Assembly (NCBI GenBank): GCA_037444725.1
Contig: JBBILW010000003.1
Span: 1-38,804, forward strand
DNA from: Candidatus Jorgensenbacteria bacterium
Lineage (GTDB): Bacteria; Patescibacteriota; Minisyncoccia; UBA6257; GWB1-50-10
Direction of reading: 5' to 3'
DNA: 38,804 bases
A program made the position numbers and the translations under genes. This document shows positions 19,464 to 27,717 of the stretch, piece by piece. Each line of letters starts with the position of its first letter. Position 1 is the first letter of the stretch. A model generated the notes under the pieces. It was not told the DNA's origin and made no database searches. It was given only the letters and a program-made list of their open reading frames with translations.

Positions 19464-19549
19464 TGCCTAGGGCCGGACTCGAACCGGCAAGACCTGTTAC
19501 GGTCAAGGGATTTTAAGTCCCTCGTGTATACCAATTTCACCACCTAGGC
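19464..19549 (-). tRNA. tRNA-Leu(TAA)
   Basis: GCCTAGG/CCTAGGC; AGGGA-CTTAAAA-TCCCT; long variable arm. Confidence 0.95.
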
Positions 19550-19708
19550 TTTTGTGCTTGCACCAATAAAGCACTGTATGATGCTACCCCAAATTAAAAA
19601 ACCCGACAATTACTATAGTGTATTATCGCATATGCATTGACAAAACACAAGAAAAATGTGAAGATATAAACAGTTCTTCATCCCCCTTACCGAATGCGGA
19701 GGTACGAC

Positions 19709-20137
19709 ATGAAGATTGTCGCGAAGTTCATCGAAGAATTCGTCGCTCTCCTCATCTTTGCGTTCTTGCCCTCGTTTCTCATCACCGAGATGTTCGCGAG
19801 GAATTATGAGCACAAGTGGTTGCTCATGTTCGTCATCGCGTGCGTCGCCCTCTCCATCGTCCTCTTCTTCAAGATGTATATGGAATACAAACGGGCCGCA
19901 CGGGCGCTCGTGCTCTCGCACGATCTGAAAAAGCTCGCAATGCATCCCGCGGTGTCCGCACGCACGAAGTCCGCGCTTCTGCATACCATCGCGCACTGCA
20001 CAGAAGCGGAACGCGAGATCGCCGCCGGCAGACCTCTTGCGGAGGTGTATGATTTCAACCGTCTTCGCGAGAAAGTCAAAGAAGGGAGAAAGTGCGCGCT
20101 GCGCGAGATTCGCCTCGCGGAGCGAGAGCGGACGTAA
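19709..20137 (+). CDS. Hypothetical membrane protein (2 TM + helical domain)
   Basis: GGAGG SD before ATG 19709; TTGACA at 19637; terminator at about 20146-20183. Confidence 0.7.
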   Translation: MKIVAKFIEEFVALLIFAFLPSFLITEMFARNYEHKWLLMFVIACVALSIVLFFKMYMEYKRAARALVLSHDLKKLAMHPAVSARTKSALLHTIAHCTEAEREIAAGRPLAEVYDFNRLREKVKEGRKCALREIRLAERERT

Positions 20138-20269
20138 TCCGCTCACCCCCCCTCGGAACCTACGGGTTTCGCAGGGGGTTTTCATTTTCCACGAAACTCA
20201 TTGACAATGTTCCAGGGAAATGAGTTAATAGCCAAGCTCATTTCCACAAAAAATAGAAAGGACCCCCAC

Positions 20270-20806
20270 ATGAAGCGCATTGGATTGGTATTCGCGGCGT
20301 TTGGCGTCGTCACGTTGTATGCGGAACATGAACACATGCCGGTAGTTGCGCGCGTGTTCGGTGTCGCGAACGCGCAAGCGGCGCCGGTTGTGGCGGAGGC
20401 GCCTCCCGACTTTGGAAAGGTGGCATTGTTTTCCGGGGGCGTGTTCATCACGCTTCTTGTTCTCGAGTTGTTCGCCCGTACAATCGCCGCGCGGAAAATC
20501 CGCAAGGAAAACGAAAAGGAATTCCGCAGGTTGTTGAAAGACCTTCCGCAGAGGTTCAAGGATGCGCGCGCGGCACTCGGCCACTCCCACGTGACCGAGA
20601 GCACGAAGAGAATGCTCGATCTGGCCAAGTGGGAGTTCAATGCCGTGAACGCAGAGGCGAAGAATCCGCCTGACGTGGCTCGCTCGCTCTCACTGTTGCG
20701 GCACATCAATTCGGTAATCGACGTGGTGCTCGAAAATGCGCAGCATGAGAAGAAGTTCGCGTTGGCGTCCTTCATCGGAACTCCAGGCTACGTGGACGAG
20801 GGATAG
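20270..20806 (+). CDS. Hypothetical membrane protein related to the C-terminal part of the adjacent TPM protein
   Basis: GAAAGGA SD; TTGACA at 20201; LLKDLPQRFKDARAALGHSHVTESTK aligns with LLASLPAHLKKARAAVNRDDVGDRAK. Confidence 0.7.
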   Translation: MKRIGLVFAAFGVVTLYAEHEHMPVVARVFGVANAQAAPVVAEAPPDFGKVALFSGGVFITLLVLELFARTIAARKIRKENEKEFRRLLKDLPQRFKDARAALGHSHVTESTKRMLDLAKWEFNAVNAEAKNPPDVARSLSLLRHINSVIDVVLENAQHEKKFALASFIGTPGYVDEG

Positions 20807-20966
20807 CCTCGTTCTGTGGCGTGTGTCACATTCAAACCCCCTGAATATCTACGGATGTTGAGGGGGCTTTTTATTACATCAAAATATGATTGACAAAAGC
20901 CAAAAAAAGTGCTTAAATACTAGCAGTTTCTTCACAACCCAAACCAACACAGAAAGGCGGGAAGTC

Positions 20967-22217
20967 ATGAAGAACTTGAACGGCAAGGCGCTGTTGCATT
21001 GGACACTTCTCATCGCCGTGTCGGCCCTCTTCGGGCTCGTGAGCTGTCACGCACACGCGCAGGAGTTCCCGAAGCCGAAGGGCTACATGAACGACTTCGC
21101 CCACATCCTCTCGGAGGATGAGGCGGTGAAGCTCGAGGTCGAGCTCGCGAAGTTCGACGCCCGGATGGGCGTAGAAATCGCGGTCGTCTCCGTGAAGTCG
21201 CTCAACGGTTACTCCGTCGAGGAGTACACGAAGCGGCTCAGCAACGCCTGGGGCGTCGGGAAGAAGAGCGCGAACAACGGCATCATGTTCCTTGTGGCGC
21301 CAAGCGAGCGGAAGATCCGCATCGCCGTCGGGGACGGCCTCACGGCGCAGTTCTCCGACGGTGAGGTAAAGCGCATCATCGAGAACGAAGTCGTTCCTCG
21401 GTTCCGCAAGAACCAGCTGAACGAGGGGCTAGTTGCCGGCGCGCGCAGCATCATGAGTGTGCTGACGGAAGAGCGCGCCTCGTCCGTGCAGGCGCCGAAG
21501 CGCAGCGAGGATAAGGCCCCGGTTTACATCATGGGCGGCATCTTTGCGGCGTTGCTGCTGTCGTTTGGCGGCACGATGATAATCGGTGCCATCTACGATC
21601 GGAGGAAGGAGCGGAAGGAGACCGAAGAGCTGCTCGCGTCGCTTCCGGCGCACCTCAAGAAGGCGCGGGCCGCGGTGAACCGCGACGACGTCGGCGACAG
21701 GGCGAAGGAGCTCTTTTCGAAAGCCTCCGAGCTTTTCGAAGAGGCGACGCAGAAGCCCACTCTGCTCACCAGGTACGGGATTCTCAAGAAGCTGAGGGAC
21801 GCTTCGTCCGCGGCGAACAGAGCGGAGATGGCCGCGGAGAGCGACAGGAAGCAAGCCGCAGTGGCGCGCGAGAAGGGTCCGGAACTTTTTGCAAAGCTTC
21901 CGGAGCAATTTGCGGCCGCGAAGGAGAAGGCGGCGGGTGACGAGCAGAAGTTGCAGCGCATCGCGTCTGACGAGATGAAGTATCACGATCTGCGCGCGAG
22001 CTCCGTCAGCGGACTCGTGCCCGACTGGGTCGTCTGGTACGTCGTTCTCTCGGCCATGAGCTCTCACTGCGAGAGCGTCGTGAATCCGGAGCCGCCGCGT
22101 TCGAGTGGCGATGATGGGAGACGCTCCTCCTACGACAGCGACTCCACGAGCTCAAGCTCGTTCCCCAGCTTCAGCGGCGGAAGCATGGGCGATGGCGGCG
22201 CTTCCGGCGGCTGGTAG
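20967..22217 (+). CDS. TPM-domain (YgcG-like) membrane protein with extended helical region
   Basis: GYMNDFAHIL, WGVGKKSANNGIMFLVAPSERKIRIAVGDGL, C-terminal FSGGSMGDGGASGGW. Confidence 0.9.
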   Translation: MKNLNGKALLHWTLLIAVSALFGLVSCHAHAQEFPKPKGYMNDFAHILSEDEAVKLEVELAKFDARMGVEIAVVSVKSLNGYSVEEYTKRLSNAWGVGKKSANNGIMFLVAPSERKIRIAVGDGLTAQFSDGEVKRIIENEVVPRFRKNQLNEGLVAGARSIMSVLTEERASSVQAPKRSEDKAPVYIMGGIFAALLLSFGGTMIIGAIYDRRKERKETEELLASLPAHLKKARAAVNRDDVGDRAKELFSKASELFEEATQKPTLLTRYGILKKLRDASSAANRAEMAAESDRKQAAVAREKGPELFAKLPEQFAAAKEKAAGDEQKLQRIASDEMKYHDLRASSVSGLVPDWVVWYVVLSAMSSHCESVVNPEPPRSSGDDGRRSSYDSDSTSSSSFPSFSGGSMGDGGASGGW

Positions 22218-22228
22218 CAGACATCACA

Positions 22229-22262
22229 CCCCTTGGAATCTACGGATTCCAAGGGGTTTTTC
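22229..22262 (+). terminator. Terminator with C(UACG)G tetraloop
   Basis: accccttggaatc-tacg-gattccaaggggt followed by T tract; related hairpins at about 20146 and 20835. Confidence 0.85.
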
Positions 22263-22331
22263 TTTTGACAAAATTGGCGAAAAAGATGATAAGTATACAC
22301 GCACCTTGAAACCCTAAGAACGGAGGCAGTC

Positions 22332-22538
22332 ATGAAAAAGTCGCTGCGAAGTAGAAGAGCGGGGAGTAATGTCCGCAGAGTGGCAAGAACGGTCGCGTCG
22401 CCCATCTTCATGCAGATGCAAACGGCAGTGAACCGTCCGAGTCGACCCGCAAGGCTCGATCCGTCGATGCGCGACGTGAGTCGGCGCCGTCTTCCATTCG
22501 CTCCGCGCAAGAAGCGGTTCGAGAAGCCGAAGAAGTAA
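22332..22538 (+). CDS. Small very basic hypothetical protein (68 aa)
   Basis: TTGACA at 22265, GGAGG SD, own terminator at about 22545-22580. Confidence 0.6.
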   Translation: MKKSLRSRRAGSNVRRVARTVASPIFMQMQTAVNRPSRPARLDPSMRDVSRRRLPFAPRKKRFEKPKK

Positions 22539-22586
22539 ATACGCAACCCCCGAATGTCTATAAGACATTCGGGGGTTTTTCTTATG

Positions 22587-22658
22587 AGGCCGCGGTGAGA
22601 ATTGAACTCACGCATAAGGGTTTTGCAGACCCTTGCCTTACCACTTGGCTACGCGGCC
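22587..22658 (-). tRNA. tRNA-Cys(GCA)
   Basis: GGCCGCG/CGCGGCC, U73 discriminator; AGGGT-CTGCAAA-ACCCT. Confidence 0.95.
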
Positions 22659-22972
22659 GGCTCTTCTTTCACTTCTTCCGATTTTCCTGGCTCTACTATT
22701 TCGAACTTGAGAAACGGCACGGGCTTGATGTTTAACTTGCGCACCAACTGGTGGTGGAGGTCCGCCGCGTGGCGGGTCAACATGCCATATACCCCCGGTC
22801 CTTTCTCAAAGGGAATAATACCAAGACGCACATTCGCATGCAATAATTTCTCGTCGACATCAACGCCGAGGATGGTTACGAGCGCTCCTTCGAAATTGAA
22901 GTCACGCGCAAACATTTTGCCGAGCTCTATCTCGATAAGGGCTCCCGCTTTGAGGTTGCGATAGGGTTTCAT
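22649..22972 (-). CDS. rbfA: Ribosome-binding factor A
   Basis: Directly downstream of infB; LVTILGVDV...LLHANV...LNIKPVPFLKF pattern. Confidence 0.8.
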   Translation of the reverse strand: MKPYRNLKAGALIEIELGKMFARDFNFEGALVTILGVDVDEKLLHANVRLGIIPFEKGPGVYGMLTRHAADLHHQLVRKLNIKPVPFLKFEIVEPGKSEEVKEEPAA

Positions 22973-22979
22973 TCCTTAG

Positions 22980-24422
22980 TTAGATAATCGGAAACAAAAG
23001 TTTGTTGCCGACGCGTATCGGGTCTTCTGATTCCACGCGCATGCCGACCTCAACGCCCGTGGGCGCCTCGGCAACATCTTTGCGCATCGACTGAAGGTTG
23101 ATGATGTGACCCTTGCCGATGAGTTTCATGTCCTGCCAAATCTCGAACGCTTCCTTGTTTTTGATAGGGCCGAGCGCAACCTTGCCTCCCACGACGCGCT
23201 CCTTGCCTTTTGCAGCGCCGAAGACGCCCAAGATTTCGATGGTGCGGTACTCCTTCGTGGAGAATTTCTCCGCGTACTCCTTCATCTGCTTCTCAAGCTC
23301 ATAAATGATGGGGGAGAGGAGCATATTAATCTTTCTCGAAATCGCCATATTTTCCGCAGCGCGGTCCGTTTTCACGCGGAAGCCCACCACGATGGCGTTC
23401 ATGCTCTCCGCATCTTTCACATCGCCCTCCGTAATAGGGCCGATACTCGCCTTAACGACTGCGAGCGGAAGTTTCTGCGCAAGGCGCTGCGTTACTTCCA
23501 CAAGTACTTCGAGTGAACCCGCCTCATCCGCTTTTAAGAATACCGGAAGCTGTTTCTTCTTTTCGAACGTGCTCGCGGCACGCGGTGCAGCGGCTGCTTG
23601 CTTCTCCATTGCCTCAAGTGATTCGCGAAGCATTGCCTCCTCCTTATGCGCGCAGAATACTTCTCCTATCTGAGGAGCTTTTTCAAAACCGATGATAGTC
23701 GCGGGAGCGCTGGGGCTCAATTCTTTTGCCGCCTTACCCGCAAAGTCTTCCAAGATGCGCACTTTTCCACTCGCGCTGTGCGTTGCAATCATTGCGCCCT
23801 GTTTCAACACGCCTTGTTTAATGATTACGCTCGCCAGCGTACCGCGTTTCGGGTCCATGCGAACGGAAATAACGACGCCCGAGGCAATGTTGTTGCCCAC
23901 GCAATGAATGTCTTCAAGTTCGGAAGCGAGTAATACCAAATCAAGAAGTTCGTTCACGCCCTCGCCCGTTTTTGCGGAAATCGCGTGCCACGACACATCG
24001 CCGCCTCGTCCTTCGAGGAAGACGTTCAACTGCATGAGGTCGTTTGCCACACGGTCTACGTCGGCTCCGGGCTTATCGATTTTATTTACCGCGACGATAA
24101 ACGGAACTTTTTCTTCCTGGATGTATTTCAGGGCATCCTTCGTCTGCGGTTTTACACTGTCGTCAGCCGCAACCACCAAAATGGCGAGGTCGGCGACGTT
24201 TGCGCCGCGCTTGCGCATCTGCGAAAACGCCTCGTGTCCAGGCGTATCGATAAACGTAATCTTTTTTCCGTTGTGGGCAATCTCATAGGCACCCATAGAC
24301 TGGGTAATGCCTCCCGCCTCCTTGCTCGCCACGTTCGATTTACGGATATAATCAAGAAGCGTGGTCTTTCCGTGGTCCACATGACCCATAATAACGACGA
24401 TTGGAGGGCGCGATTGCTTCAT
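22980..24422 (-). CDS. infB: Translation initiation factor IF-2 (short, lacking the N-terminal domain)
   Basis: RPPIVVIMGHVDHGKTTLLD, DTPGHEAF, NKID; start MKQSRPP. Confidence 0.96.
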   Translation of the reverse strand: MKQSRPPIVVIMGHVDHGKTTLLDYIRKSNVASKEAGGITQSMGAYEIAHNGKKITFIDTPGHEAFSQMRKRGANVADLAILVVAADDSVKPQTKDALKYIQEEKVPFIVAVNKIDKPGADVDRVANDLMQLNVFLEGRGGDVSWHAISAKTGEGVNELLDLVLLASELEDIHCVGNNIASGVVISVRMDPKRGTLASVIIKQGVLKQGAMIATHSASGKVRILEDFAGKAAKELSPSAPATIIGFEKAPQIGEVFCAHKEEAMLRESLEAMEKQAAAAPRAASTFEKKKQLPVFLKADEAGSLEVLVEVTQRLAQKLPLAVVKASIGPITEGDVKDAESMNAIVVGFRVKTDRAAENMAISRKINMLLSPIIYELEKQMKEYAEKFSTKEYRTIEILGVFGAAKGKERVVGGKVALGPIKNKEAFEIWQDMKLIGKGHIINLQSMRKDVAEAPTGVEVGMRVESEDPIRVGNKLLFPII

Positions 24423-24510
24423 TTGTATTGTAAAACTAGCAGAGAAGTGGTATAAATACAAGGTTTTTCACGCATTTATGAGGGTTAGTTGCAGTCGTTT
24501 ATCAGTGATT

Positions 24511-24597
24511 GGAGGCGTGGCTGAGCGGTCGAAAGCGGCTTCCTGCTAAGAAGTCGTGGGGGGAACCCCACCGAAGGTTCGAATCCTTCCGCCTCCG
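24511..24597 (+). tRNA. tRNA-Ser(GCT)
   Basis: GGAGGCG/CGCCTCC; GCTTC-CTGCTAA-GAAGT; long variable arm. Confidence 0.95.
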
Positions 24598-24867
24598 CAT
24601 AAAAAACAAAAACACCGAAAGGTGTTTTTTGTTCGCGGAGCTGGAAGGATTCGAACAGGAGTGGGGTCGGGAGAACACTTGGTCTCCCGTATAGGAAATA
24701 GCTCCGCGGGAGCGTTTAGAAACCGTGGGCTTCTAAAGAGCGAGACCGTTGCGGTTGAGCGACGTTCGATTACCTTCCGCCTCCGCAAAAATAAACGGGA
24801 AACCTTTCTGGTGTCCCGTTTTATATTCGTTGCAGTTGAGTGATGCTCGATTCATTTCCGCCTCCGC
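24598..24867 (+). repeat. tRNA-trailing element, copy C (diverged core; two direct 3'-end copies)
   Basis: Inverted copy gcggagctggaaggattcgaac 24635-24656 (20/22); direct copies at 24764-24787 and about 24845-24867. Confidence 0.85.
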
Positions 24868-24926
24868 GAATGAAGAAAGTTGTCCCCTCTTGCAATGCGG
24901 CTTCATGACATTATTATGATATCTAT

Positions 24927-25223
24927 ATGGCTACACTTAACCAAATAACGTCAGTGGTGAGCAAAATGTCAGAGAGGCTTGACGGCGACCGGAGCGTGCA
25001 AAGCAAGCTGTTAAACTTAAATTTTGACGTTGCTAAGCTGTGGCTCGCTACCCAAAAAGAAGATAAACAAGAATTGCAGAAACGGGTAGCCAACCTTTTT
25101 GTCGGCAGTTTTATTATGGCTGATGTATTGGGGTATAAAGACATTGAAGCCGTCATTTCTCAAAGATTAGCGGAACTTAAACAACACCACGTTCTTGGAA
25201 ACGAAGAGAACGAGTTAGTATAA
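24927..25223 (+). CDS. Hypothetical protein, possibly a degenerate MazG-like fold
   Basis: Helix pattern KLL...DVAKL...DKQELQKRVANL...MADVLGYKDIE; lacks the catalytic EE/D. Confidence 0.55.
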   Translation: MATLNQITSVVSKMSERLDGDRSVQSKLLNLNFDVAKLWLATQKEDKQELQKRVANLFVGSFIMADVLGYKDIEAVISQRLAELKQHHVLGNEENELV

Positions 25224-25307
25224 GTGCGGCAAGTATAAAATGGGACGCCTTTGAGGCGCCTCATTTTATATTCATGGTGCGAGGGCTTCGTGTGTTAATA
25301 TTCGAAT

Positions 25308-26156
25308 ATGAAAAAGATTCACATTGGTATGACTGCCGCGGGAATTATTTTTGCGATTGCAGTGGGGGTATATGCGTGGGGGAGACTTGAAAAGCCACAA
25401 CCTATCGGCGGACAAAAAGATGCACATGGATGCCTTGTCGCGGCTGGTTACTCCTGGTGCGATGCGCGAAAGGAATGCGAGCGGCCGTGGGAACGATATT
25501 GCACCACCGCAACGCCGAAGGCGGCCACGTTTATCTGCGCTGACGAAAAATCAATTTCCGCTATTTTTTACCCCAGTGACGACAAGTACGTTGACTTAGT
25601 GTTGAGCGACGGAAGAGCATTGTCTGTGCCTCATGCCATTTCGGCTTCAGGTGCGCGCTATGCAAAAGCAGATGAATCATTTGTCTTTTGGAATAAGGGC
25701 GACACTGCTTTCATAACAGAAAAAGGAACAACCACATTTTCTGGCTGCGCGATAACGACGCAAAACAAGGTACAGTTCACGAACTCGAAAGGGGGATACG
25801 GCTTTGATTATCCGCCTGTATGGAAAGTAGCGATTAATCAGTACAACAATAGCAATTCTTTATTTGGCCCGAACGCTGATAGCGCTTCAGGTCTCGGCGG
25901 TGTTGAGGTATTTCCCAATCAGAAATCAATTGATTCATTCCTCGCGGGCGTGGCAGCACAATACGATAACAAAATTACCATCGCGGTTGATGGAGTGCCC
26001 GGAGTCCGCGTTCATTATAAAGGCACACCGGTGAGCGGTACGGCTTTTGTAGTGCTCAAAGACGGCAACATTTTTAATATCTATATTAACAGCGAAAAAG
26101 GTGAAAACGTCAGCTTGCTCGACCAGCTCGTTTCTACTTTCAAGTTTGTCCGTTAG
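25308..26156 (+). CDS. Exported protein with MliC/PliC lysozyme-inhibitor-like domain and C-terminal PsbP-like domain
   Basis: N-terminal TM; GGQKDAHGCLVAAGYSWC; SASGARY...FWNKGDTA MliC signature; GFDYPPVW. Confidence 0.8.
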   Translation: MKKIHIGMTAAGIIFAIAVGVYAWGRLEKPQPIGGQKDAHGCLVAAGYSWCDARKECERPWERYCTTATPKAATFICADEKSISAIFYPSDDKYVDLVLSDGRALSVPHAISASGARYAKADESFVFWNKGDTAFITEKGTTTFSGCAITTQNKVQFTNSKGGYGFDYPPVWKVAINQYNNSNSLFGPNADSASGLGGVEVFPNQKSIDSFLAGVAAQYDNKITIAVDGVPGVRVHYKGTPVSGTAFVVLKDGNIFNIYINSEKGENVSLLDQLVSTFKFVR

Positions 26157-26442
26157 GCGCACGACCTCCAACAGCTCGGCAATGTCGGCCTTAGCACCCG
26201 CGCGCTGTTGAATGTGGAGTAGCTCTTATATATCGGCACGCCCTACGAAATTTCTTCTCTGTCAGCTCTCAATGAAACAGATTGATGAAAGCATTGATAT
26301 TTAAGTTTGCGGGCTTTTAGGGTGGGGCGCTCCGTCATTTGTTAAATAGCGATAACGCTGAATGTTAAATAGCAAAATAGTATGTTATAATAAAAACATT
26401 GATTTATGCATGCTTGTAGTGTATTATTGTTAAATAACGAAT

Positions 26443-27636
26443 ATGGAAGAAGTAAATAAAAAAGCCTTCAAATACGTCCCGCTTAAGCTTTATGATCCAA
26501 AGTGGGGAAGTCGGCTAGCAAATACTATTATTGAGTTAGAAAAACTGCGAGTAAAAAAACTTGGGGGGCCCGTTCCACCATATATATTTTTCCAATTAAA
26601 GGACATTTTTCAGATGTTTGAGAGTCTTGGTTCTGCGCGTGTTGAGGGTAACAACACCACATTGGCTGAGTTTGTTGAGAAGATCATCGAAGATCCATCA
26701 AAAACAGCGAAAGATGAGGGATTGAGAGAGATATACAATATCGAACGCGCGATTGCGTTCATTGATAAAAATGTTGGGAAAACGACTCAGTTCAACCGCG
26801 GTTTAATTTCCGAAATTCACAAAATTATAGTGGACGGCCTAGTGCCACCACCGACGGGTGAAGGATCTCGTCACCCAGGGGAATTGCGCCAAATTAATGT
26901 TTCTATCCAACGATCAAGTCACATTCCTCCGGATAAGACGAAGGTTCAGGAGTATTTTGATGAATTGCTTAAGTTTGTTAATCAATCCATTGATGAGCAA
27001 TATCATTTGTTGGCCATAGCATTATCTCACCATCGAATGGCGTGGATCCACCCCTTTGATAACGGCAACGGGCGTATGGTGCGTATGTTCACGTACGCGC
27101 TTCTTATAAAGCAGGGATTTCAAGTGAAAAGTGGTCGCATTTTGAATCCGACCGCGATATTTTGCATGGACAGAGATAAATATTATGACATGCTTTCACT
27201 TGCCGACTCAGGGGAAGAGGATAAGGTTTTAGAGTGGTGTTTATACGTGTTAGATGGTTTACGTCTCGAAATAGAAAAGATCGATAAATTGCTCGATCTC
27301 GGGTATATTACCAATACCATTTTACTACCAATGCTTTCTTACGCTCTGGAGCAGAAGCACATCACACCACGTGAGCACAAAATACTTTCAACTCTTGTGA
27401 GGGCTGAGGATATGACCATAAAATCCGCAGATTTAGTGGAAATTATTGGCAACGAATCATCGGTGCAGCGCTCAAGAATACTAAAAAAATTAAAAGATAA
27501 AAAAATGCTCATTCCTCTTGAAGAAAATGGTCGCGTGTACACAATAGGATTCGCGAATAACTATTTATTACGTGGTATCGCATATATTCTAGAAAAAAAT
27601 AGCTTTGTGCCAGAATCACTAAATAAGAAATACTAA
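26443..27636 (+). CDS. Fic family protein with probable C-terminal wHTH
   Basis: HPFDNGNGRMVR Fic motif; SARVEGN inhibitory-type motif; AT-rich. Confidence 0.92.
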   Translation: MEEVNKKAFKYVPLKLYDPKWGSRLANTIIELEKLRVKKLGGPVPPYIFFQLKDIFQMFESLGSARVEGNNTTLAEFVEKIIEDPSKTAKDEGLREIYNIERAIAFIDKNVGKTTQFNRGLISEIHKIIVDGLVPPPTGEGSRHPGELRQINVSIQRSSHIPPDKTKVQEYFDELLKFVNQSIDEQYHLLAIALSHHRMAWIHPFDNGNGRMVRMFTYALLIKQGFQVKSGRILNPTAIFCMDRDKYYDMLSLADSGEEDKVLEWCLYVLDGLRLEIEKIDKLLDLGYITNTILLPMLSYALEQKHITPREHKILSTLVRAEDMTIKSADLVEIIGNESSVQRSRILKKLKDKKMLIPLEENGRVYTIGFANNYLLRGIAYILEKNSFVPESLNKKY

Positions 27637-27717
27637 CGATTACTCAAAGCGCCCCTCCTGGCGTTTTGTGTTAGTAGGGGTTGGAATTATCGTAAGAAGT
27701 TCGACATAATTTCGGTA

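Noticed and set aside
19462-19506. N-terminal extension of the glycosyltransferase ORF
   Set aside because: Lies within tRNA-Leu; the GTG at 19461 gives the expected KKILIVT start
26153-26260. Minus-strand fragment reading ...AKADIAELLEVVRL as a possible pseudogene
   Set aside because: Too short and interrupted by a stop; cannot be assigned without a search
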